A stretch of DNA of 32,000 nucleotides from Longivirga aurantiaca. GTDB lineage: Bacteria; Actinomycetota; Actinomycetes; S36-B12; CAIYMF01. Made by a program: the position numbers and the translations under genes. Shown here in pieces: positions 22,930 through 30,643 of this stretch; position 1 is the stretch's first letter; each line of letters opens with the position of its first letter. The notes below the pieces were generated by a model that saw only the letters and a list, made by a program, of their open reading frames with translations, made no database searches and was not told where the DNA came from. The stretch spans positions 270,001 through 302,000 of the forward strand of contig NZ_JBHSTI010000008.1 of the NCBI RefSeq assembly GCF_042660085.1, in the 5' to 3' direction.

Positions 22930-23901
22930 ATGATGACGAGACCATCGGAGCAGGACGTGGTGCAACGGCTCTACTTCGTGGGCGTCTCCACGGCCGCCTC
23001 CGGCATCATGACCATCTTCCCCGCCTGGGCCGAGGCGCTCGGCCTCCGCGCCGAGATGCACGGCGTCGATCTCCCCGTGCAGGCCCGCCCGGACGACGTG
23101 CGCGCGGTGATCGACACCCTGGCAGTCGACCCGCAGGCAGTCGGCGCGCTCGTGACGACGCACAAGGCCGCGGTCTGGGACGCCGCCTCGGACCGCTTCT
23201 CCGAACTCGACCCCTGGGCGCAGGTGTGTCGCGAGATCTCGTGCATCGCGGTGCGCGACCGGGGTCTGATCGGCTGGGCGAAGGACCCGATCACCTCGCG
23301 CCAGGCGTACACGCACCTGCTCGGCGAGGACCCCTGGGGCGGCGGTGAGCGCGATCTGGTCTGCCTCGGCGCGGGTGGTGCCGGGCTGGCTCTGGCCGCG
23401 GCAGTCCTGGACGGCGGGCACCAGCCGCGCCGGGTGGTGCTCGCCGACCGGGACCCCGGGCGACTGACGGTCTCCCGGGAGGTGCTCGACCAGCTCGACG
23501 TTCGGGCAGAGCTCGAGCTCGTCGTCACGAGCAGCCCGGAGCAGGCCGGGGACCTGGTGTCGGCGTCCGCCGAGGGCTCCCTGGTCGTGAACGCCACGGG
23601 CATGGGCAAGGACCTGCCCGGCTCGCCGGTCGGGCCGGACGCGGTCTTCCCCCGGGGCGCGGTGGCGTGGGACATGAACTACCGAGGCGACCTGGCGTTC
23701 CTGGACATCGCGAGGGCGCAGCAGCTCGAGCGGGGTCTCGTAGTCGCCGACGGGTGGCGCTACTTCCTCCACGGCTGGACCGAGGTCATCGCCGAGCTGT
23801 TCGGCGTCGCGATGTCCCCCGACGTGTTCGCCGAGCTCGCCTCAATCGCCGGTCAGGTGTCGGGTCGGGAGGTGGGCAGTGCCGGCGTCAGCCGTGGCTG
23901 A
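22930..23901 (+). CDS. shikimate/quinate-dehydrogenase-family protein (divergent member)
   Basis: ORF track, 323 aa. VTTHKAAV resembles the NVTxPxK motif, CLGAGGAGLALAAAVL resembles the NAD(P) loop, and VNATGMG is also present. The N-terminal substrate motif is atypical. Confidence 0.6.
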   Translation: MMTRPSEQDVVQRLYFVGVSTAASGIMTIFPAWAEALGLRAEMHGVDLPVQARPDDVRAVIDTLAVDPQAVGALVTTHKAAVWDAASDRFSELDPWAQVCREISCIAVRDRGLIGWAKDPITSRQAYTHLLGEDPWGGGERDLVCLGAGGAGLALAAAVLDGGHQPRRVVLADRDPGRLTVSREVLDQLDVRAELELVVTSSPEQAGDLVSASAEGSLVVNATGMGKDLPGSPVGPDAVFPRGAVAWDMNYRGDLAFLDIARAQQLERGLVVADGWRYFLHGWTEVIAELFGVAMSPDVFAELASIAGQVSGREVGSAGVSRG

Positions 23902-24679
23902 GGGAGTCGACCCCCGCGGAGCTGCGGCTGTCGCGGACGACGTCCATCTCGATGCGCATGCGGTCGGCCCGGTGCCAGGCCAGGAAGCACTCGATGACAT
24001 CGCCCGCAGCGTTGCGGGCCACCGACTCGATGTAGAGCAGCGGGTCGCCGGGGCCGACCTCCAGAAGCTTGGTCAGCATGCCCGAGGCGGCGACCGCCTC
24101 GATGGACCGATGGCCGGTGTCGATGCGCAGGCCGAACTGGTCGGACAGGATGCGGTACAGCGACACCGTGGCGAGGTCGGCCGCGCGCAGCTGCGTCAGG
24201 ATGGCCTCGTCGTCGCGGGCGATGTAGGACTTGGTGAAGGCGACGACCTCGTCATTGACAGCCCGGAGCCGGACGATCTCGATGCAGTGCGTACCGGGAG
24301 CGGCGCCGATCAGCTCACGAGCCCGCCCCACGACCTCGACACGGTCGATCGACAGGACGCTGCTCGAGACCGAGTGCCCATGGCTGGTCATGTCCTCGAA
24401 GAAGCCGACGGTGCTCTCCATGAACTGCTCGGAGAGCTTCGGCTTCGCCACGAAGGTGCCCTTGCCGCGCATCCGCTGCAGGACTCGCTCGTTGACCAGC
24501 TCGCCGACGGCCTGCCGCACCACGGTCCGCGAGACGCCGTAGCGCGCGCACATCTCGGCCTCGGACGGCATCAGGTGGCCGGGCTCGAGGTTGTCGCGCG
24601 CGATCTCGCGCACGATCAACTGCTTGAGCTGCTCGTAGTAGGGCAGCCGGGCGTCGTGGTCGATCCCCAGGTCCGTCAC
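23888..24679 (-). CDS. GntR-family regulator, HutC subfamily (UTRA effector domain)
   Basis: ORF track, 263 aa. PYYEQLKQLIVREIARDNLEPGHLMPSEAEMCARYGVSRTVVRQAVGELVNERVLQRMRGKGTFV is a winged HTH, followed by a UTRA-like C-terminal half. Confidence 0.85.
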   Translation of the reverse strand: MTDLGIDHDARLPYYEQLKQLIVREIARDNLEPGHLMPSEAEMCARYGVSRTVVRQAVGELVNERVLQRMRGKGTFVAKPKLSEQFMESTVGFFEDMTSHGHSVSSSVLSIDRVEVVGRARELIGAAPGTHCIEIVRLRAVNDEVVAFTKSYIARDDEAILTQLRAADLATVSLYRILSDQFGLRIDTGHRSIEAVAASGMLTKLLEVGPGDPLLYIESVARNAAGDVIECFLAWHRADRMRIEMDVVRDSRSSAGVDSLSHG

Positions 24680-24700
24680 GGGGTAGAACGTAACATCCGG

Positions 24701-24709
24701 TCATGACGT
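24701..24709. promoter_or_regulatory. TCATGACGT half-site in the gntR / yhfU-like divergent region
   Basis: Its reverse complement ACGTCATGA is identical to 3619-3627, inside the palindrome at 3613-3628. Confidence 0.3.
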
Positions 24710-24779
24710 CCTGTCGTCTCCCCGGTGGCACTCGCCGACCTGATCCCACCACCGCACGTACACGAGGAAAGAAGGCCTG

Positions 24780-25184
24780 ATGGTCAAGGAACGGCTCGTT
24801 CGCGTCGTCGTCGCTGGTGTCGATGCCCCCTCCATGGCGCAGCTCGCCACGAACGCGGGCGGAGGCCGGGTGGAGGCGGCCGCGCTCGGCGACATGCAGG
24901 GCGCTCGGCTGGTCAAGAAGGGTCAGGCCGACTACTACCTCGGCACCTGCTGGTCCGGCGGCGGCGGAGCGCTGGCTGCGGCCACCGCCATCCTGGGCGC
25001 CAACCTCGTGGGGATCGTCGGAACACCCGGCATGATCGTCACGGAGGAGCGGGTGCGGACCGCGGTAGGCGAGGGCCGCATCGCCTTCGGGTTCGCCTAC
25101 GAGCAGTCGACGGCCGCGATCCCCATGATCATCAGCGAGATCCTCGCCCACCGCGATGCGCTTGGCGGAGGCACGGATGACTGA
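24780..25184 (+). CDS. DUF2620 / YhfU-like protein
   Basis: ORF track, 134 aa, AGGAAAGAAGG RBS. GQADYYLGTCWSGGGGALAAATAILG and GRIAFGF...AIPMII resemble my memory of E. coli YhfU. This needs an HMM check. Confidence 0.55.
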   Translation: MVKERLVRVVVAGVDAPSMAQLATNAGGGRVEAAALGDMQGARLVKKGQADYYLGTCWSGGGGALAAATAILGANLVGIVGTPGMIVTEERVRTAVGEGRIAFGFAYEQSTAAIPMIISEILAHRDALGGGTDD

Positions 25185-25599
25185 GTCGGCCCCCACCTCG
25201 GCCGCAGCACTCGCGGCGGTGGCCGCCGAGTTCGCCGAGAGGCTCGATCTGCTCGAGGAGAGCGGGCAGGTGACCAACCTCGCCCGCCGTCTCACCGAGC
25301 TGTGCCTCGCAGAGCTGGCGACCGACCTCGGTCTCACGCTGACCGAGGACAACGCCGCCCAGTTCGTCACCCATCTCGCCATCGCCCTCACCCGCATCAA
25401 CCGGGGCGACCCCGAGATCGCGTCGTCGGTCGTGGCGGCGGAGGAGATCGCGGACCGAACGCGCGAGCACGATGCGGTGATGCGCGTCATGCACGACGCC
25501 TCGCGCCTGCTCCAGCGCGAGGTCCCCGAGTCGGAGATCACCTTCATGACGGTCCACCTCTGCGGCTTGGTCGACGAGAAGGCAGCGTCCGGAGCGTGA
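25177..25599 (+). CDS. stand-alone PRD-like protein (YhfY-like)
   Basis: Frame of ORF 25156..25599. ATG 25177 overlaps the upstream stop by 8 nt. The protein looks all-helical. Two His residues in PRD-like contexts (FVTHLAIAL and FMTVHLCGL) lie 61 residues apart. Confidence 0.5.
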   Translation: MTESAPTSAAALAAVAAEFAERLDLLEESGQVTNLARRLTELCLAELATDLGLTLTEDNAAQFVTHLAIALTRINRGDPEIASSVVAAEEIADRTREHDAVMRVMHDASRLLQREVPESEITFMTVHLCGLVDEKAASGA

Positions 25600-26801
25600 T
25601 GAGGCGCGCGGTCATCGTGGTCATCGACGGCTTCGGCATCGGGGCGACGCCGGACGCCGGCCCAGCCGACCTCGGGATGAACACGCTGGCGCACGTCGCT
25701 GACGCCGTCGACCTCCGGCTGCCGGTGCTCGCGTCGCTGGGCCTCGGACGTCTCGTGCCCGACGCGGTCGAGCCGGTGCAGGAACCGCGTGCGGCATACG
25801 GCCGGCTCACGCCTGTGCACATCGGCGCGGACACGTACATGGGCCATCAGGAGCTCATGGGCGGTGGCCTCTCACGGGTCGAGTTCCGGCTCATGGAGGA
25901 GCTCGGCGACGACGTCGCCGCGGCCCTCCGGTCCGCAGGGCACACGGTGGAACCCCTCGTCGTCGGGCAGTCGATGCTGCTGGTGGACGGTGCCGTGGTG
26001 GTGCACGACAACATCGAGGCACGTGCGCGGCTCAACGTGAACGTGACCGCGTCACTCGACGACATCGACTTCGACGCCCTTACCGAGATCGGGTTGATCG
26101 TGCGGCGCGCGATCAACGTCTCGCGGGTGATCGTCGTCGGGAGCCGCGGATACGACGTCGACAGCATCCGCTCCCACATCGTCCATCGCGGCGACGGGCA
26201 CATCGGCGTCGACACCCCGAGCCTCGGCGTCTACAACGAGCACTACCAGGTGCGGCACCTCGGACTCGACCTGCCGATCGAGCGTCAGCTCCCGATGCGG
26301 GTCAAGGACCAGGGCGGCGATGTCGTCCTGCTCGGCAAGGCCGCCGATGTGGTGAGGTGCGAGGGGGCGACCCTGGAGAACATCGTGCCGACGGACGGGG
26401 TGTTCGATGCCGCTGTGCGGCATCTCGACGGGTTGAGCCGCGGCCTGATCGTCGCGAACGTGCAGGAGTCCGACTTGGCGGGGCACGAGCAGGATGCCGC
26501 GCGCTACGCCCGCGTCCTGGCAACCGTCGACGCCAGGCTGCAGGAGCTGCTCGACCGTCTCGGACCCGACGACCTTCTCGTGATCACCGCCGATCACGGC
26601 AACGACCCGACCTCGGGCAGCAGCAGGCACACCCGCGAGTACGTACCGGTCCTCGTCCTCGGCCAGCAGCTACGCCCGGTCGATCTCGGGATCCGGTCGT
26701 CCCTGGCTGACGTGGGGGCCACCGTCGCGGAGCTCCTCGGCACCGAGCCACTCGATTCAGGCACGTCCTTCGCCCGGGAGATCCTGTGTTCATCGATGTG
26801 A
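25599..26801 (+). CDS. phosphopentomutase-family metalloenzyme (YhfW/DeoB-like mutase)
   Basis: Frame of ORF 25302..26801. ATG 25599 shares its A with the upstream TGA. Product is 400 aa. Motifs: VIVVIDGFGIGATPDA, MGHQELMGG, SDLAGHEQD, ITADHGNDPT. Confidence 0.75.
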   Translation: MRRAVIVVIDGFGIGATPDAGPADLGMNTLAHVADAVDLRLPVLASLGLGRLVPDAVEPVQEPRAAYGRLTPVHIGADTYMGHQELMGGGLSRVEFRLMEELGDDVAAALRSAGHTVEPLVVGQSMLLVDGAVVVHDNIEARARLNVNVTASLDDIDFDALTEIGLIVRRAINVSRVIVVGSRGYDVDSIRSHIVHRGDGHIGVDTPSLGVYNEHYQVRHLGLDLPIERQLPMRVKDQGGDVVLLGKAADVVRCEGATLENIVPTDGVFDAAVRHLDGLSRGLIVANVQESDLAGHEQDAARYARVLATVDARLQELLDRLGPDDLLVITADHGNDPTSGSSRHTREYVPVLVLGQQLRPVDLGIRSSLADVGATVAELLGTEPLDSGTSFAREILCSSM

Positions 26802-27994
26802 CCCTGCGCCGCAATCCCGAGCTCGTGGGCGCCGCCGTCGACCTCCATCAGGCGGGGCGGATCCCGTCGAACTGCTACGTGGTGGATCTGGACGCCGTGT
26901 CGAGGAATGCGGCGCTGGTCGCGCGATCAGCGGCGTCGCACGGACTCACGCCGTACCAGATGACCAAGCAGTTCGGTCGCAACCCGATCGTGGCCCGGGC
27001 CGTGGCAGCGGCGGGTATCGAGAAGGTGGTGGCGGTGGACTTCGAGGAAGCGCGGCTGCTCCACAGCCACGGGCTGCGCATCGGGCATCTGGGGCACCTC
27101 GTGCAGGTCCCGCGAGACGAGGTCGGCCTGGCCCTCGACATGGAGCCGGACTTCATCACGGTCTTCGGCCTGGCCCAGGCTGCCCGGCTGAGCGCGGCGG
27201 CAGTGGAGCGGGGGCTCGTGCAGGACGTCACCCTTCGCGTGGTCGGCCCGGACGACACGTTCTACGCCGCGCAGCGCGGCGGCGTGCCGGTGCACGAGGC
27301 GGTCGAGGTGGCGACCCGGATCCGGGACCTACCCGGCGTCCGTCTGCGCGGAGTCACGAGCTTCCCCGTGGTCCTGTGGGACGAGTCCGTCGGCGCGTTC
27401 GCGCCGACAGCCAACCTCTCCACGCTGGGTGCGGTCTCGCAGGCTCTGCGGGCCGCCGGGATCGACGTGGACGTCCTCAACGCCCCGAGTGCGTGCTGCA
27501 CCGCGACGTTCGGGATGAAGGCCGCAGCCGGTGCGACCCATGTGGAGCCAGGGAGCTGCCTCACCGGCCAGACACCGCTGCACGCGGTGAGCGACGAGCC
27601 CGAGCTCCCGGCCATGATCTACGTCTCGGAGGTGTCGCACACGACTGCCGACGCCGCCTACGCGATCGCCGGCGGCCTCTACCCACGGTGCAAGTCGCGC
27701 ACCGCGCTGGTGTACGACGAGGCCGGTGCCACCCCCCTCGTCGCCCAGGTCGAGCTCGACCCGGCCGAGGCGATCGACTACTACGGCACACTGCGTACGG
27801 ACGATCCGCCATCGGTGCGGGTCGGCAGCACCGTCGTCTACGCCTTCCGGGCGCAGGTCTTCGTGAGCAGGTGCTTCGTCGCGGTGGTGAGCGGCGTACA
27901 GGGGACCCCCACCGTGGAGGGCATCTTCACCAGCACGGGATTCCGGCTCGGCCCTGACCTGCTGCCGCTGTCGAACGGGAGAACCCACCCATGA
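26786..27994 (+). CDS. alanine-racemase-fold PLP-binding protein (YhfX-like)
   Basis: ORF track, 402 aa. MF..TLRRNPEL, MTKQFGRNP (candidate PLP Lys) and GHLGHLVQVP resemble my memory of E. coli YhfX. The alternative start GTG 26798 would give a GTGA overlap. Confidence 0.7.
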   Translation: MFIDVTLRRNPELVGAAVDLHQAGRIPSNCYVVDLDAVSRNAALVARSAASHGLTPYQMTKQFGRNPIVARAVAAAGIEKVVAVDFEEARLLHSHGLRIGHLGHLVQVPRDEVGLALDMEPDFITVFGLAQAARLSAAAVERGLVQDVTLRVVGPDDTFYAAQRGGVPVHEAVEVATRIRDLPGVRLRGVTSFPVVLWDESVGAFAPTANLSTLGAVSQALRAAGIDVDVLNAPSACCTATFGMKAAAGATHVEPGSCLTGQTPLHAVSDEPELPAMIYVSEVSHTTADAAYAIAGGLYPRCKSRTALVYDEAGATPLVAQVELDPAEAIDYYGTLRTDDPPSVRVGSTVVYAFRAQVFVSRCFVAVVSGVQGTPTVEGIFTSTGFRLGPDLLPLSNGRTHP

Positions 27995-28266
27995 CCGCCA
28001 TCCGTACCGCCGTCGTCGCCGATCCCCTGGGGCTCCACGCTCGTCCCGCAGCGGAGCTCGTGGCACAGGCCCGGGCCTACGAGTCCGACCTCGTCCTCGC
28101 GTCCGGCGAGAAGACGGGGAACTGCAAGAGCCTGCTGGCGGTGCTGAAACTGGGCATCGTGGGCGGCACCGAGGTGACGGTGACGGCAACGGGTCCCGAC
28201 GAAGCCGTCGCGGTCGAGGTGCTCGCCTCGTTCCTCGAGCTGGTCCACGGAGAAGGCACATCGTGA
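27991..28266 (+). CDS. ptsH: phosphocarrier protein HPr
   Basis: ORF track, 91 aa. ATGA overlap with the previous gene. Active-site GLHARPA (His16) and the Ser47 region GNCKSLLAVLKLG. Confidence 0.85.
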   Translation: MTAIRTAVVADPLGLHARPAAELVAQARAYESDLVLASGEKTGNCKSLLAVLKLGIVGGTEVTVTATGPDEAVAVEVLASFLELVHGEGTS

Positions 28267-29948
28267 TCGTCACCGGCATCCCCGTCTCGGGAGGGATCGC
28301 TGTCGGCCGTCTCGTGGTGGTGGGCGCGCTGATGCCGACCGACGTCGACTCCGTCTCGGTCTCAGAGTCCGGAGGAAGTGCCGAAGAGCGGATGACCCGG
28401 CTCGTTGCCGCCGTCGCCGCCAGCCGCCAGGAGATCTCGTCGATCGCGGCCCAGACGCGGCAGCGCATCGGGAGCGACCCGGCTGCGATCATCGAGGCCC
28501 AGCTGCTCGTGCTCGACGACCCCGAGTGGTGGGAGCCGATTCGTGACGAGGTGCTCGGCGGGGCGGAGCCGACGACCGCGGTGCGGTCGGTGACCGAGGC
28601 CGTGGCCGAGGCCCTCGCCTCGCTCGACGATCCCTACCTTCGCGAGCGGTCGGCCGACGTGCTCGACGTCGGCCAGCGCGTTGCGGGCCATCTCGTAGGC
28701 AGGTCCCGCACCCACGCGCTGCACGGTCAGACCGGCGATGTCGTGGTCGCAGCCCACGAGCTCACTCCGACCGACACCCTCGACCTCGACCTCGACGTCG
28801 TCCGCGGCATCGTGACCGAGGCCGGGGCCCGCACCTCGCACGCCGCCATCCTGGCGCGCCAGCTGGGGATCCCCGCTGTGGTCGGAGCCGTCGGGGTGCT
28901 GGAGGCCGCTGCTCCCGGTGTGGTCGTGGTGCTCGACGGCGATGCAGGCACGTGCGAGATCGATCCGGAGCCGCACGCCCTCGACCTGGCACGGGCCAGG
29001 TCCCTGGGGCGTGCGACGCCGTCCGTCATCACCCAGTCGGTGACGACCCGGGACGGCGTGCAGGTGCACGTGCTCGCGAACGCCTCCAGCGTCTCCGACG
29101 TCGAGCGGGCCGTGGCCGAGGGTGCGGACGGGATCGGGCTGTACCGGACCGAGTTCCTGTTCATGCGGTCGGACGGGCTGCCGGACGAGGCGACCCAGGC
29201 TGAGCACTACGCGGCGGTGGCCGAGGCTGCCGGTGGGCGTCCGGTGACCTTCCGGACCCTCGACGTCGGCGGCGACAAGCCGGTTCCCGGGCTCAAGATG
29301 GACCCCGAGGAGAACCCGTTCCTCGGAGTTCGCGGCATTCGCCTGACCCTGGCGAACCGTCCGGTGTTCGACGCGCAGCTGCGCGCGCTCGCGCGGACCT
29401 CCGATGCTTTCCCGGGCGTGTCGGTGATGGTTCCGATGGTCTCGGGGCTCGAGGAGCTCGACGACGTGCGCCGCGTCCTGCAGGACGTGGCGCCTCGGGT
29501 CGCGTTCCGCCTCGGCGCCATGGTCGAGGTGCCGAGTGCCGCGCTGCTGGTCGATGCCCTGGCGCGGGAGGTCGACTTCCTCTCGGTCGGTACCAACGAC
29601 CTCACCGCCTACCTGCTGGCGGCGGACCGCGGCAATCGCCACCTGCACGGGCTGTACTCGGAGTTCCATCCGGCCGTCCTTCGCGCGCTGCATCTCATCC
29701 GCGACGGCGCGAAGGAGACTCCCGTCAGCGTCTGCGGCGAGCTCGCAGGTGACCCGCGGGCTACGGGCCTGCTCATCGGCCTGGGGTATCGGCAGCTGTC
29801 CGTGTCAGGGCCGCTCGTGCCGGCTGTGAAGGAGCGGATCCGCACGATCGACACGGCGGCCGCCGAACGGGCGGCCGAGGAGCTGCTGAGAGCGCGCCGC
29901 CATCGCGATGTCGACGCGATCCTGGAGTCGCGCCCGTTCGAGGCTTGA
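28263..29948 (+). CDS. ptsI: PEP-protein phosphotransferase, PTS Enzyme I
   Basis: ORF track, 561 aa. GTGA overlap with ptsH. Motifs: GARTSHAAILARQLGIPAVVG (phospho-His), GIGLYRTEFLF, SVGTNDLTAY, and CGELAGDP in the C-terminal PEP-binding domain. Confidence 0.9.
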   Translation: MIVTGIPVSGGIAVGRLVVVGALMPTDVDSVSVSESGGSAEERMTRLVAAVAASRQEISSIAAQTRQRIGSDPAAIIEAQLLVLDDPEWWEPIRDEVLGGAEPTTAVRSVTEAVAEALASLDDPYLRERSADVLDVGQRVAGHLVGRSRTHALHGQTGDVVVAAHELTPTDTLDLDLDVVRGIVTEAGARTSHAAILARQLGIPAVVGAVGVLEAAAPGVVVVLDGDAGTCEIDPEPHALDLARARSLGRATPSVITQSVTTRDGVQVHVLANASSVSDVERAVAEGADGIGLYRTEFLFMRSDGLPDEATQAEHYAAVAEAAGGRPVTFRTLDVGGDKPVPGLKMDPEENPFLGVRGIRLTLANRPVFDAQLRALARTSDAFPGVSVMVPMVSGLEELDDVRRVLQDVAPRVAFRLGAMVEVPSAALLVDALAREVDFLSVGTNDLTAYLLAADRGNRHLHGLYSEFHPAVLRALHLIRDGAKETPVSVCGELAGDPRATGLLIGLGYRQLSVSGPLVPAVKERIRTIDTAAAERAAEELLRARRHRDVDAILESRPFEA

Positions 29949-29974
29949 GCGCGCCGAGGACGGCGGCGCCGCCC

Positions 29975-30643
29975 TCAGCCTGGCGGCCGAGGGCGGACGT
30001 CCAGGTTGGCCAGCGAGCCCGTCCGAAGGACGCCCGAGGGGAACGTCTGGCTCAGCGTCCACTCGCTGGGTATCACCACGGTTGTCAGGCCCGCCGCGAC
30101 CGAGGCCTGCGCACCGGTGGCGGAGTCCTCCACCCCGACGGCGGCGCTCGGGCTCACGCCCAGACGGCGAAGTGCGGTGAGGTAGACGTCCGGCGCGGGC
30201 TTGGGGGCCGGACCGGCCGGACCTCCCCGCCCGACGACAGCACCGACGGCTGGCAGCAGGCCGAGCGCCTCGACGGCACGGGTGACCACCGAGAGATGAC
30301 TGGACGACGCGACCCCGACGGCGATGCCCCGGGCGGCCGCCCGGCGCACGAAGTCGACGGCGCCAGGCATGGGCGTGGGATCCGCGTAGAACCGAGCCAG
30401 CCCGTCCTCGCGGCGGCGCAGTAGGTCTGTGACGGCCACGGCCATGCCGTAGTGGGCGACGAGTGCAGCGTAGAGACGGCTCGCGGGGCGGCCGACGTGC
30501 AGGGCGAACAGCTCACGGTCGAGGTGCGCCCCCTCGTCGGCAAGAATCCCTCGGGCGACGTCGAACGCAGCAGTCTCGCTGTCGACGAGGAGGCCGTCGA
30601 GGTCGAGCACGACTGCGTCCGCCTCCAGCCCGAGCGTCGTCAT
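29975..30643 (-). CDS. HAD-superfamily hydrolase (beta-phosphoglucomutase/phosphatase-like)
   Basis: ORF track, 222 aa. Motifs: VVLDLDGLLVDSE (DxDG), VASSS, and VGVEDSATG. Confidence 0.75.
   Translation of the reverse strand: MTTLGLEADAVVLDLDGLLVDSETAAFDVARGILADEGAHLDRELFALHVGRPASRLYAALVAHYGMAVAVTDLLRRREDGLARFYADPTPMPGAVDFVRRAAARGIAVGVASSSHLSVVTRAVEALGLLPAVGAVVGRGGPAGPAPKPAPDVYLTALRRLGVSPSAAVGVEDSATGAQASVAAGLTTVVIPSEWTLSQTFPSGVLRTGSLANLDVRPRPPG

Noticed and set aside
29962-29973. Perfect 12-bp palindrome GGCGGCGCCGCC between ptsI and the convergent HAD gene as a terminator
   Set aside because: It can form only a 6-bp stem with no loop and has no U-tract. It is too weak to call.
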